From a bacterium (GTDB lineage: Bacteria; UBA8248): a stretch of 64,000 nucleotides of DNA. Location: assembly GCA_965200245.1 (NCBI GenBank), contig CBDATS010000008.1, positions 64,001-128,000 of the forward strand, written 5' to 3'. Under the pieces are notes generated by a model. It had not been told where the DNA came from, ran no database searches, and worked only from the letters and a program-made list of their open reading frames with translations. The position numbers were made by a program, and so were the translations under genes. Positions 29,633 to 39,677 of this stretch are shown piece after piece (positions within the stretch are counted from its first letter, which is position 1; the number at the start of each line of letters is the position of its first letter).

Positions 29633-30505
29633 TTACCTGCCTGCGCCGAATGCGCCGACAATGTCAGCTTTATTGAAAGTGCCGCCTACCTCTTGATGCT
29701 CCGGGCCATAGAAAAGTCCATGGATGTTTCCTGCATCGAACGTTCCGTCAGTGCGAACCGTAATATCATCCCACGTCATATCGGAAAGCGTATCACCAGT
29801 TGCTTTGTTCGTGATGTTGGTGAAGGCAACATCGATCAGAGTGCTTCCTGGATTCACCATGCTGAACTCAAGCGTTGCGTCTCCTGCCACGCCGTTCCCC
29901 TGAGTTCTTCCTTCCCCCGTGATCACGCCGAGCATGACACCGTTATATGTGGTTTCCACGGCGGGATACGTGCCTGTGGGGTTGCCGATGGAAAGCCCCG
30001 TGCCCACTTCGGCCGAGGGGAAGTTTGGACCGGAATAATTCCCCCAACCCGCGAGGAAAAAACTGTGGACCATCCAGCCGCCAAAAGCTGTGGCGTCGAC
30101 GGTACGATCCTCCAATCTGAAGGTTACGTCTCCGTTATAAACGGCGACGCCGTTTCTCGTCTGGTTGAAATGCGCGGCTTGTCTTAGATTTCTTATGGTG
30201 GAGGTATCGGCATTTAGGATATCCGACAGGGATACGGAGTCATCAATACCTGTTCTTGGTTCCCTGATCGTGCAGGTTTGCCCCTCACAGTCCGTCTCAA
30301 GTGTCGAAGCAAAAGGCGGCAGTCCCGGAACCATCTGAACCCTAAGGTAGCTGTTGCTGATGGAGAGCGCCGCATTCTCGTTTAGCGCGACGCCTTCGGG
30401 AGAGCCGGTTTCCGGCATGGTGGCGGGAGGTTGAGAACTTTTATCCTCACCGCCACAACCGAAAAGAATAATCGTCACCAAGAGAATCGCCAGGATTCGC
30501 CCCAT
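29633..30505 (-). CDS. Lipoprotein with C-terminal transferrin-binding-protein-like (TbpB/HupA) barrel
   Basis: Lipobox ILFGC. FGGWMVHSFF, GDATL, IDVAFTNI, GLFYGPEHQEVGGTF..GAFGA. Confidence 0.7.
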   Translation of the reverse strand: MGRILAILLVTIILFGCGGEDKSSQPPATMPETGSPEGVALNENAALSISNSYLRVQMVPGLPPFASTLETDCEGQTCTIREPRTGIDDSVSLSDILNADTSTIRNLRQAAHFNQTRNGVAVYNGDVTFRLEDRTVDATAFGGWMVHSFFLAGWGNYSGPNFPSAEVGTGLSIGNPTGTYPAVETTYNGVMLGVITGEGRTQGNGVAGDATLEFSMVNPGSTLIDVAFTNITNKATGDTLSDMTWDDITVRTDGTFDAGNIHGLFYGPEHQEVGGTFNKADIVGAFGAGR

Positions 30506-30654
30506 GCCACATTCCCCTTACCGTAAGGATTCTTGCCGATGACAACGTGCGCGTCGGCAAGAGTTCGAACCGTGATGGGCGGAAGTATGATGTTATCAGT
30601 AGTGCAGAAAAAGGAGAACGTGGAGACCTGCGACCAGGATTTCCGGGTTTTTTC

Positions 30655-31002
30655 CTATCTCCAGCGTTTCTCCTTCACTTGGGCGGCCTTGCCTTTGCGG
30701 TCTCTCAGGTAGTAGAGCTTCGCGCGGCGCACACGGCCCTTTCGGGTGATCTCTATCTTATCGATCCTTGGGGAATGTACCGGGAAGATGCGCTCCACGC
30801 CGATTCCGTAGGAGAGCTTGCGGACGCGGAACCGCTCGCGAAGCCCGCCACCCTGTCTGCCAATGACGATGCCCTCGAACACCTGGATGCGCTCCCTGTC
30901 GCCCTCGACGATTTTCAAGTGAACGCGCACCGTATCTCCCGGTTCGAAGTCGGGAACATCCTTGCGCATACCCTCGCGCTCGATTCTGTCAATAATTTTC
31001 AC
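30655..31002 (-). CDS. rplS: 50S ribosomal protein L19
   Basis: [39 protein letters not shown]. Confidence 0.98.
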   Translation of the reverse strand: MKIIDRIEREGMRKDVPDFEPGDTVRVHLKIVEGDRERIQVFEGIVIGRQGGGLRERFRVRKLSYGIGVERIFPVHSPRIDKIEITRKGRVRRAKLYYLRDRKGKAAQVKEKRWR

Positions 31003-31032
31003 CTGCCTGCTCCTTATCCTGAAAAACCGGCA

Positions 31033-31605
31033 CTATACATCTCTTTTACCGAGAATGCGATCCACCACAATGGCAGCAGCACCGCGAACCGAGAGATGGT
31101 TGAAATTCGTATCGGCCTGCGCCTCAACGGGCGCCAAGACGATATCGGACATTTCCAACACCGCATCCGCGAGACCCCAGCTTGTCCCGAACAGGATGAT
31201 GGTGGGTGTGTCCGTCTGCTGCAACTCGCCGCGGAGGGTCTCGTAGTTCACGGCGTTCGGTACTCGCCTGGCCGTTGTGGCGACGAACCGCGGCCTTTTC
31301 GATTCCTTGCGCTCCACCTGCTCGATAAGCGCGTCCAAAGAGGGTAGAACTTCAATGAACTCAAGCGTTTCCGCCCTTTGGGGGTGTAGCGTACGGCCCG
31401 GGCCTTCCGTGAAGTGTTTTATCACTCGCTCGACGAAGGCCCGCTGCGGAGCAGAGGGATGTACCACAAATACCCCCGTGACGCCATAGGTGCGGCCTAC
31501 GCGGGCGAGATCGTGCAAATCCAGGCTCGTGACCGAGGAAGTCACCACACCGCCCTCGCGATTGAGCACGGGATAGTGAATCAGCACGAGATAGACGTTG
31601 CCCAA
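31033..31605 (-). CDS. Stand-alone SPOUT RNA methyltransferase (TrmD C-terminal-associated family)
   Basis: LIHYPVLNR, TSLDLHDLAR..TYG, LFGTSWGL, FNHLSVRGAAAIVVDR. Confidence 0.85.
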   Translation of the reverse strand: MGNVYLVLIHYPVLNREGGVVTSSVTSLDLHDLARVGRTYGVTGVFVVHPSAPQRAFVERVIKHFTEGPGRTLHPQRAETLEFIEVLPSLDALIEQVERKESKRPRFVATTARRVPNAVNYETLRGELQQTDTPTIILFGTSWGLADAVLEMSDIVLAPVEAQADTNFNHLSVRGAAAIVVDRILGKRDV

Positions 31606-31620
31606 TATCCCGCCACCTTT

Positions 31621-32349
31621 CTAGTTTCGCGAAGATTCGAGCAGGCGCAAATCCTCATCACTCAACTTGGCACGCTCGAAGAGGTCCATCCGCCTCTCGC
31701 GTGTTCTTTCGAGCGCTTGGCGCCTCCTCCAGAGACGAATCGCTTCGTGGTCACCGGATAGGAGCACATCCGGTGCGCGTAGTCCCTCGAATTCCGCCGG
31801 CCTCGTATAGTGTGGGTGATCGAGAAGACCGGCAGTGAAGCTCTCTTGGGCGGCGGAGGCGTCGTTGCCCAAAACACCGGGGATCAGCCTGCCGACGGCG
31901 TCGATGACGGCCATGGCCGGAATCTCTCCGCCCGAGAGCACGTAATCTCCCACCGAGACCTCCTCGTCCACGCACAATTCGCTCACACGCTCGTCCACGC
32001 CCTCGTACCTGCCACAGATGAGGAGTAGACGAGGTACTTCTGAATATCTCCGGGCGGCGACCTGATCGAACAGCCGTCCCTGCGGCGTGAGCAACACCTT
32101 GAGCGGTTCAACTTGGCCGTTTTCGCGAATCGCCCCCACACCCCTGTAGACGGGTTCGGGCTTCATGACCATGCCCGCCCCACCTCCAAATGGCGCGTCG
32201 TCAGCTTGCTGATACCTGCCCTCTGCGAAATCGCGCAGATTCCAGACATTCAGTTCGATAATGCCGCTCTCAATCGCGCGTCCCACGACGCCCTCCCTGA
32301 ACGCTTCTTCCACCATGCGGGGCAGAATGGAAAGAACGTCGATGCGCAT
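31621..32349 (-). CDS. trmD: tRNA (guanine-37-N1)-methyltransferase
   Basis: DDAPFGGGAGMVMKPEP, CGRYEGVDER, GDYVLSGGE, HYTRP. Confidence 0.98.
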   Translation of the reverse strand: MRIDVLSILPRMVEEAFREGVVGRAIESGIIELNVWNLRDFAEGRYQQADDAPFGGGAGMVMKPEPVYRGVGAIRENGQVEPLKVLLTPQGRLFDQVAARRYSEVPRLLLICGRYEGVDERVSELCVDEEVSVGDYVLSGGEIPAMAVIDAVGRLIPGVLGNDASAAQESFTAGLLDHPHYTRPAEFEGLRAPDVLLSGDHEAIRLWRRRQALERTRERRMDLFERAKLSDEDLRLLESSRN

Positions 32350-32358
32350 GACGTCTCC

Positions 32359-32865
32359 TCAATTCTCGTCATCGAACTTTGGAAGACGGAAAATCCAGCG
32401 TTCCCCCTCGCGCCGCAAGACGACTTCGCGTGTCGCTGGCGCGAGCAACTCCTCACCTTCCGGCGTGCGGATGACGATGATGTCATTGCCATTCGCCCCG
32501 AACATGTCCACCACGCGTCCGAGGGGGGTTCCCTCCTCGTCGATGATTTCCAGGCCCTCGAAATCCTCGAAATAGAGGACTCCCTCTTCGGGGCCGTCCA
32601 AGAATTTCCTGTCCGCCAAAAAAATCGTCCCCCGCAGCGCCTCGGCGGCCTCGGGGGTGTCGATTCCCTCAAACTTCCAGACGATGACTCCCTTGCCACC
32701 CCGGCGGCAGGATGCCACCTCAAACCTCAGTCCGGGTTCCGCTCGGGAGAACACCTCCTCGATTCGCGCGTAGACTTCCGGGTCATCAAGCCAAGGTTCC
32801 ACCCGAACGGCTCCCCTGACGCCGTGGGGCCTGAGCACGAAACCCACGGCGATCTTGCCGTTCAC
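32359..32865 (-). CDS. rimM: Ribosome maturation factor
   Basis: PHGVRGAV, AEALRG, GANGND. Located between rpsP and trmD. Confidence 0.92.
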   Translation of the reverse strand: MNGKIAVGFVLRPHGVRGAVRVEPWLDDPEVYARIEEVFSRAEPGLRFEVASCRRGGKGVIVWKFEGIDTPEAAEALRGTIFLADRKFLDGPEEGVLYFEDFEGLEIIDEEGTPLGRVVDMFGANGNDIIVIRTPEGEELLAPATREVVLRREGERWIFRLPKFDDEN

Positions 32866-32874
32866 GGAGCTTCC

Positions 32875-33120
32875 CTAATCGTTGATGCCCACTTGGGCGA
32901 GAAGGTTCCTGACTGTCCGGGTCGGGATGGCGCCCTTGTCCATCCAGGCCTTCGCCTTTTCGAGGTCGATATGGACGAACGCTGGGTCCTGCGACGGATC
33001 GTAGCGACCGATGCTCTCGATGAAACGTCCATCGCGCGGCATGCGTTCATCCTGCACGACGACACGATAGCGCGGCGCCTTTTTCATGCCCCCACGGGCA
33101 AGTCTGATTTTTACGGCCAA
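32875..33120 (-). CDS. rpsP: 30S ribosomal protein S16
   Basis: [24 protein letters not shown]. Confidence 0.98.
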   Translation of the reverse strand: MAVKIRLARGGMKKAPRYRVVVQDERMPRDGRFIESIGRYDPSQDPAFVHIDLEKAKAWMDKGAIPTRTVRNLLAQVGIND

Positions 33121-33131
33121 AACGTGTCTCC

Positions 33132-34466
33132 CTAGAAATGAAACATCTGACGCATTTTTTGCATCTGTTTTTTCTTGCCATCCTTGGAAAATTGCTTCAT
33201 CAACTTCTGTGTCTGTGCGAATTGCTTGAGCAGCCGGTTCACATCTTGCACCTTTGTTCCGCTGCCGGCGGCGATGCGTTTTCTACGGCTGCCCTTGATG
33301 ATCTCGGGCTTCGCGCGCTCGACCGGCGTCATCGAATCGATGATGGCCACCGTGCGTTTGAGTTCTTTCTCGTCGATCTCGACATCGGGGATCCGGCTTC
33401 CCAGCCCCGGTATCATCGACAAGACGTCGCCCATCGAACCCAGCTTGCGCATCTGAAGAATCTGATCTTTCATCGTCGCGAGGGTGAACGACCCCTTACC
33501 GAGGGACTCCACCATGGATTTTGCGTCATCGGCGGAGATGGCGGCTTCGGCCTTCTCGATGAGAGACATAACGTCTCCCATGCCCAAAATGCGCGAAGCC
33601 ATCCTCTCAGGGTGAAACTCCTCGAGCGCGTCGAGCTTCTCGCCCACACCGACGAGCTTGACGGGTACGCCCGTCACCGAGCGAAGCGAGAGAGCGCCAC
33701 CGCCTCTGGCGTCGCCGTCGAGTTTGGTCAACACGACGCCCGTGATGCCGATGCGCTCGGAAAATGCTTGTCCCAGATTCACCGCTTCCTGGCCCGTCAT
33801 GGCGTCTGCGACCAAGAGCACCTCTTCGGGACGCCCCTCTCCCTTCATCCGCTTCAACTCGTCCATCAGGGCGTCGTCGATGTGGAGCCTGCCTGCACTG
33901 TCCACAATGCAGTAATCGAAATGCTCAAACCGGGCCTTATCGCCGGCCTGCCGGACAATCTCCACGGGATCCGCCATTCCATCTGAATCGAATGCTTCTG
34001 CTCCCGTCTGCTCGGCCAGTCTCTTGAGTTGGGTGATGGCGGCGGGACGTGCTACGTCCGCAGGAGCGAGCAGAACGCGAAGTCCCCTGCGTTTGAGCCT
34101 GAGAGCAATTTTCCCCGCCGTAGTCGTTTTTCCCGAACCCTGAAGACCAACGAGCAGCACGGTGGTGACGCCGTTCTCTACACGCTCAAGCGGGGTGCTC
34201 TTTGCGCCCATGAGTTCAGTGAGGCGCCCCTGAACCGCCTTTATGACTTGTTGTGAGGGATCGAGGTGCGCGACGCGCTCGATGCCGACTATATCTTCGC
34301 GGATTTTCGCCACTAGCTCCTTGGCAACCCGAAAATTCACGTCGGCTTCAAGTAAAGACAGGCGGATCTCGCGAAGTGCTGAGTCAACCTCTTTTTCACC
34401 CAAAACGCCCCGGCTTCTCAAGTCCCTGAAGATTCCGCCCAGACGATCTTTCAAACCGTCAAACAT
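33132..34466 (-). CDS. ffh: Signal recognition particle protein
   Basis: [48 protein letters not shown]. Confidence 0.98.
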   Translation of the reverse strand: MFDGLKDRLGGIFRDLRSRGVLGEKEVDSALREIRLSLLEADVNFRVAKELVAKIREDIVGIERVAHLDPSQQVIKAVQGRLTELMGAKSTPLERVENGVTTVLLVGLQGSGKTTTAGKIALRLKRRGLRVLLAPADVARPAAITQLKRLAEQTGAEAFDSDGMADPVEIVRQAGDKARFEHFDYCIVDSAGRLHIDDALMDELKRMKGEGRPEEVLLVADAMTGQEAVNLGQAFSERIGITGVVLTKLDGDARGGGALSLRSVTGVPVKLVGVGEKLDALEEFHPERMASRILGMGDVMSLIEKAEAAISADDAKSMVESLGKGSFTLATMKDQILQMRKLGSMGDVLSMIPGLGSRIPDVEIDEKELKRTVAIIDSMTPVERAKPEIIKGSRRKRIAAGSGTKVQDVNRLLKQFAQTQKLMKQFSKDGKKKQMQKMRQMFHF

Positions 34467-34538
34467 CGAACACCCCAACTAATTGAAATTTAACATGTTT
34501 CCGATTTATCACCCGCAAGGTCAAGCGAGGAAACTCAA

Positions 34539-34568
34539 CTTATAAGGATTTTATGCGCAAGGTGTCAA
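34539..34568 (-). promoter_or_regulatory. Putative sigma70 promoter of the ffh-rpsP operon
   Basis: TTGACA-N18-TATAAG on the minus strand, about 70 nt upstream of ffh. Confidence 0.5.
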
Positions 34569-34636
34569 CCGCGTACGATTCGCACAGCCTGAAGCTCTCG
34601 AAAAAGTGGACGTGAAATTCCCGCACACATCCGGCT

Positions 34637-35314
34637 TCATCCGCCCCTGATGCCGCGTATGGCTTCCGCGTAGTCTTGCGCGCCGAACACAGCGGAACCG
34701 GCCACCAGCACCTCAGCGCCCGCCGCACGGATTTCCGCCGCGTTCTGCGGCGTAACGCCGCCATCCACCTCTAGGAGAACAAATAATTCTTTCGCCGCGA
34801 TCATCTCTTTTAGACGCCGGATCCGTTCCAGCGATGCCGGGATGAACTTCTGCCCGCCGAAGCCCGGATTGACGCTCATGACAAGGATCATGTCGACTTC
34901 AGGCAACAGGTTCTCCACCACCGAAAGCGGCGTTCCGGGATTGAGCGTCAGCCCGACTCCCAAGCCGCGTGCGCGGATACTCTGAAGGGTACGGTGGATA
35001 TGCGTTGGTGCCTCCACGTGCACCGTCAGGATGTCCGCTCCCGCATCGGCAAACGCTTCGATGTAGCGATCCGGATCCGCAATCATCAGATGTACGTCGA
35101 TTACCATATCTGGCACAGCTCGCCTGGCCGCCTCCACGCCCAGAGGTCCCACGGATATGTTCGGCACGAAATGCCCGTCCATCACGTCGAAATGCAGCCA
35201 GTCCGCTCCGGCTTCGCGCACTGCGGCTATTTCCTCCCCCATCTTCTCGAAAGAGCATGAGAGCAAAGAAGGTGCGATCCGGATTTTCCCTGGCGTCATA
35301 TCCGGCTTGGGCAT
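34637..35314 (-). CDS. rpe: Ribulose-phosphate 3-epimerase
   Basis: HFDVMDGHFVPN, DVHLM, MSVNPGFGGQ, VDGG. Confidence 0.97.
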   Translation of the reverse strand: MPKPDMTPGKIRIAPSLLSCSFEKMGEEIAAVREAGADWLHFDVMDGHFVPNISVGPLGVEAARRAVPDMVIDVHLMIADPDRYIEAFADAGADILTVHVEAPTHIHRTLQSIRARGLGVGLTLNPGTPLSVVENLLPEVDMILVMSVNPGFGGQKFIPASLERIRRLKEMIAAKELFVLLEVDGGVTPQNAAEIRAAGAEVLVAGSAVFGAQDYAEAIRGIRGG

Positions 35315-35327
35315 GTCAATTCCTTAC

Positions 35328-36266
35328 CTAATGTGTTTGTTCTTCGACCAGAAGGCCGTCCAAGAATATACGTGCTCTCGCATGGCCCTTCACCCGCACC
35401 AGCAGGTGAATTTCCTCGCCCGCGCTTACCTCGCGCGCGAGTTCCTCTCGCTTCACACCGTTCGATTCGAGTTCCACGCGAAGCGCGCGCCTGGGCTTCC
35501 CGTACGGCACGCGGTAGCGCAAGACGATAAAGTTTCCCGTGATCTGGTCTGCGCCGCGCGCCACGTCCACGTGAACACGGTGACCCGCAATCACGCGTCG
35601 CCCATGCGGCGGTATCTGCGAAACGATAGAGGCCCTTAGTGCGCCCGGGCGGTCCACATAGCGTACACGCCCCACGTTCAGGCCGAGCGCACGAACCTTG
35701 TCGAGGGCCTTGTCGACGGATTCCCCGATAAGCGAGGGCATGACGTAGGCGCGCTCGCGCGAACCCTGGCTTACCACGAGCACCACGCCCTCGCCACGCC
35801 TGATGTTTTGCCCCTCGTTCGGCCAAACGCCCAGAACCTCATCAATGGGCCTCTTGGGGTCGTACAACCGTTCCACCAACCGGACGCGAAGCCCCTCCAA
35901 GCGGATAAGCGACTCCGCGCGGCTCAGGTTCTCACCCACCACCGCCGGCACCGCTACATCCCGCGGGCCGTTACTCAGAACAAGAGACACGATTCTCCCC
36001 TTGCGGATGCGCCGGCCTCCAGGGGGATTCTGGCTCACAACATGGTTCATTGACACTTCATTGCTGAACTCGCGCCCTGTGACCTGCATAGGAATCCCTT
36101 TCTCCCCGAGAAGTTCCAGTGCTCGAACCACGTCAAGACCCGCCACCTGGGGCAGGAAGACACCCTCCCCACCCCTGAAGACATAGAGGCCCACGGCTCC
36201 CCCCACGCCGCCAAGCCCCACCAAGAGCACAAACCAGAAAACGCCCTTCAATATCCCTTTCAGCAT
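35328..36266 (-). CDS. Membrane-anchored PASTA-repeat protein (no kinase domain)
   Basis: N-terminal TM followed by three PASTA repeats (LPQVAG..VVSQNPPGG; VPAVVG; MPSLIG..VSQIPPHG). Confidence 0.85.
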   Translation of the reverse strand: MLKGILKGVFWFVLLVGLGGVGGAVGLYVFRGGEGVFLPQVAGLDVVRALELLGEKGIPMQVTGREFSNEVSMNHVVSQNPPGGRRIRKGRIVSLVLSNGPRDVAVPAVVGENLSRAESLIRLEGLRVRLVERLYDPKRPIDEVLGVWPNEGQNIRRGEGVVLVVSQGSRERAYVMPSLIGESVDKALDKVRALGLNVGRVRYVDRPGALRASIVSQIPPHGRRVIAGHRVHVDVARGADQITGNFIVLRYRVPYGKPRRALRVELESNGVKREELAREVSAGEEIHLLVRVKGHARARIFLDGLLVEEQTH

Positions 36267-37612
36267 TTTCTGCCCTCTTTGTGCCAACTCATGGCGAAAA
36301 AGCCGTCAAGTCCATCACCCGGCGTTATCCGCAAACTCCCGTCCGGCTGAAGAAACCTTCCGGCGCTACGGGGGAGCGTGCCTCCTCCTTGTATGGGGAC
36401 GAAGCCCGGTTCCCGGAACGAGGCCGCCACCTCTTCTGTTTCCTCGGGTTCGTTCGTGCAAACCGAATAGACCAGCCTGCCGCCGGGGCGCACCGCTCTC
36501 GCAGCACCCTCCAAGAGTGCTTTTTGCCGTTTCGCCTGCGACTCCAGATCCTGTTCTTTCAATCGCCACCTCGCGTCGGGATACCGTCGGAATACGCCCA
36601 GTCCGCTGCACGGCGCATCCACGAGAACAAGGTCGAAAGCTTGATGAAAGGGCGGCTTCATCGCATCCATCCGCAAGAGCCGCGTGGCCGCCCGAATCCT
36701 AGCACAATTGCGCTTCAATAGAGTGAGGCGGCGAGGTGACACTTCGCCTACGACGACGCTTCCGCTCCCTCCCGCTGCCCAAGCGAGACAGGCTGTTTTC
36801 CCTCCGGGAGCGGCGCAGGCGTCGAGAACGCTCTCGCCTCGTGCGACGCCTGCGAATCGCGACACCAGGCTCGAACTCTCGTCCATAATGATGAATCTGC
36901 CCTCACGGTAAGCCGCCCCATCACTGAAGCGCGCACTTGGTGCACTCTCGTCCGGCAGGAATACCAGACAATCGGGGTCGGCGCATCCGGGACGCGTCAC
37001 GACGCCTTCGCTCGCAAGTTCAGCGGCCAGACTATTGACGTCCGACGCCCGGGTGTTCACGCGAAATACGACCGGGGGCTCCTCGTTATTCGCCCGACAT
37101 CTTTTTTGCGTCTCATCATCGCCGAGCGCGCGCATCCAGCGCCTCACCAGCCAACGCGGGTGAGATTCCCAAACCGTGAGATACTCCTCAAGATTCCCGG
37201 GCGGCGATACGTTATGCTCCGCCACCTTGCGCAACACGGCGTTCACCAACCCTCTCGCCCAGATCAGGTTCCTGCGATCCAGCAAGGAAACCGCGCCGTC
37301 TACCGCGGCGTGCTCGGGCACACGATCCATGAACAAAAGCTGATAGGTGCCGAGTCGCAGAACTTCTCGCACGGGAGGGGCCACGTTCGGTTTCTTCAGG
37401 AATCGGCCGAATATGAAATCAAGACGCCCCCGCCACCTAAGGACGCCATAGACCAGTTCACGCAGAAAAGCGCAGTCACGCGTGTCGAATTCGGCCGATG
37501 TGAACCGATCGACCAAAACATCCGCCGCAACGGGAGTTTTTCCGAAAGAAAGAAGCGCGGCGTGTGCCGCCCGCCTGACGAGATGAGGGGAGCGCGCGCT
37601 GTTCTCGCTCAT
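36260..37612 (-). CDS. rsmB: 16S rRNA m5C967 methyltransferase
   Basis: NusB-like N-terminus (ELVYGVLRW, LRLGTYQL), DACAAPGGKT, VDAPCSGLG, YSVCT..EE. Confidence 0.95.
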   Translation of the reverse strand: MSENSARSPHLVRRAAHAALLSFGKTPVAADVLVDRFTSAEFDTRDCAFLRELVYGVLRWRGRLDFIFGRFLKKPNVAPPVREVLRLGTYQLLFMDRVPEHAAVDGAVSLLDRRNLIWARGLVNAVLRKVAEHNVSPPGNLEEYLTVWESHPRWLVRRWMRALGDDETQKRCRANNEEPPVVFRVNTRASDVNSLAAELASEGVVTRPGCADPDCLVFLPDESAPSARFSDGAAYREGRFIIMDESSSLVSRFAGVARGESVLDACAAPGGKTACLAWAAGGSGSVVVGEVSPRRLTLLKRNCARIRAATRLLRMDAMKPPFHQAFDLVLVDAPCSGLGVFRRYPDARWRLKEQDLESQAKRQKALLEGAARAVRPGGRLVYSVCTNEPEETEEVAASFREPGFVPIQGGGTLPRSAGRFLQPDGSLRITPGDGLDGFFAMSWHKEGRKC

Positions 37613-37626
37613 CACGAGGTTCCGTA

Positions 37627-38574
37627 TCACGAGACCTCTCCAAGTACGAGGCCGGGCTGGCACGGATATCCCCTTGCGAATTCGCCTGCGTCCATCTTCT
37701 TCTTGCCGGGCGGCTGTATCTCCAGGATCACCAAATCCTTCTTGCCCGTCGCCACGCGGATTCCAGCGCCCTCGGGAGATTCTGCAACTCCCATAACCTC
37801 ACCGGCCACTCCGCCTGAACCCTCTGCCAATGGCCAGGCACGCCATATCCGCACCGGACCTCCCGTAATTCCCGGCCATACGGTCTCCGCCACGGGCCAG
37901 GGGTTCAAGCCGCGGATTAGTCTGTCCAGGCGGCTCGCGGGCAGACGCCAGTCGAGTTTCGCTTCACCTTTTTGGAGTTTTTCGGCGTAAGTGACCAAGG
38001 ATTCATCCTGAGGAACTTCCGTGACCTCGCCGTTTTCAAGAGCGTTTAAAGTCTCAACCATCTGCCTGGCTCCAAGTTCCGCCAGTTTGTCGTGCAGGTC
38101 GGCGGAAGTGTCTCTCGCCCCGATGGGTAGTGAACGGCGTGCGAGCACACCGCCTGCGTCGAGTTTGGGCGTGACCCGTATGACGCAGATACCCGTTTCT
38201 GTGTCTCCTTCTAGAAGGGCACGTTGTATCGGCGCCGCACCCCGCCAGCGCGGGAGAAGGGAGGGGTGTAAGTTCAACAGTCCCAGCCGAGGGACACCCA
38301 GCAGTTTCCTGCTCAAAATCTGTCCATAGGCCACCACTACGCCCACGTCTGGCCGGAATTCGGCAATGTCGGTTGAGCGGGCTTGCTCAGGTTGCAGCAT
38401 GGGAATATCCGCCTCGAGCGCGCACGTTTTTACAGGTGGCGGCGTCAATCTGCGACCCCTGCCCGCGGGCCTGTCAGGCTGTGTGAAGACGGTCGCAATC
38501 TCGACTGAGGAAGCGATTAACGCTCGAAGTGTCGGCGTAGCGAATTCGGATGTACCGAAAAAGACCGCCCGCAT
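37627..38574 (-). CDS. fmt: Methionyl-tRNA formyltransferase
   Basis: TQPDRPAGRG, NLHPSLLPRWRGAAPIQR, LDAG, IRGLNPWP. Confidence 0.97.
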   Translation of the reverse strand: MRAVFFGTSEFATPTLRALIASSVEIATVFTQPDRPAGRGRRLTPPPVKTCALEADIPMLQPEQARSTDIAEFRPDVGVVVAYGQILSRKLLGVPRLGLLNLHPSLLPRWRGAAPIQRALLEGDTETGICVIRVTPKLDAGGVLARRSLPIGARDTSADLHDKLAELGARQMVETLNALENGEVTEVPQDESLVTYAEKLQKGEAKLDWRLPASRLDRLIRGLNPWPVAETVWPGITGGPVRIWRAWPLAEGSGGVAGEVMGVAESPEGAGIRVATGKKDLVILEIQPPGKKKMDAGEFARGYPCQPGLVLGEVS

Positions 38575-38658
38575 GGATTCTCCCCACGAAAAACTCCAGC
38601 ACGCGCCAAAACGCACACTGAATAACGCCCAAATATAGCACGAGCGAAACGGGGTTTT

Positions 38659-39168
38659 CTAAGAGGCGGCCCTGGCCTGTTTCTTGAGACGGCGCTTCAC
38701 GACATCGCGCTTCGTCTTGTTAAGGTGATCGAGTATGAGTTTTCCGTCGAGGTGGTCAATCTCATGTTGTAAGACGAAGGCGAGCACCTCGCGCGCGTCG
38801 AGAACCACTTCTTCACCGCTCAGGTTCAGCGCGCGCACGCACACCGACTCGTGGCGACGGATTTTTTCGGTGACTCCCGGAAGGGAGAGACAGCCTTCTT
38901 CGACGATGCGCTCACCGTCTGTATTTTCGATTTCGGGGTTGACGAGAAAATGAACCTCTTTGGGATTTTTACCGACCGAGATATCCACCACGATGAGCCG
39001 GACATTCTCTCCGACCTGGGGAGCAGCGAGGCCGACACCAGGCGCGTTGTGCATGGTGTCGAGCATCGCGCGTGCGAGTTCCTCTATGCGCTCCGTAATG
39101 TGCTCGATGCGCACGCATTTCCGGCGAAGAGCCGGGGCCGGATATTTGAGAATTTCGAGGATGGCCAT
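38659..39168 (-). CDS. def: Peptide deformylase
   Basis: GVGLAAPQVG, EGCLS, QHEIDHLDG. Confidence 0.98.
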   Translation of the reverse strand: MAILEILKYPAPALRRKCVRIEHITERIEELARAMLDTMHNAPGVGLAAPQVGENVRLIVVDISVGKNPKEVHFLVNPEIENTDGERIVEEGCLSLPGVTEKIRRHESVCVRALNLSGEEVVLDAREVLAFVLQHEIDHLDGKLILDHLNKTKRDVVKRRLKKQARAAS

Positions 39169-39677
39169 GAGACATTCCCGACTGAAACGAACGCGCAACA
39201 AGGCTCAAGCGACAAGCCCATTTTTCATCATGTACCCCATACGAAGTGGGGAAGCAAATTCGAGTAATCATCCAGATAATGGGGGGATGAATTGCCTCCT
39301 TGGAAATGGAGAACAGTCCTGCGCTGAAACCACCCTGGCGTTTTGAGGCGACTGAAAAAGTACCAGGCTGTTTCTTTTCCTGCGTGCTTTTTCAATTCTC
39401 CTGAACGTGCATCTCTTTCTTCTCGGTATCACCGTCTCGCATTCCCTGCATATGCCGTCACGGCGTTTACGCCTGGATGAGAGAGAATCCCCGCCCGAAA
39501 GACTGCATCCCGGTGATGGAGGGAAACGAGAACAGAACTTCGGTTTGAACGGTGAATCACGGCCCCTGTTTGCCCAAGCGACAACGCTCTTATCCTGCTC
39601 TTCGAACACTCCTTTCTCAGTCGTGTCGATCTGAAAATTTACCTGGTTGATATTATGATGTTACGACGTTTCAGGTT

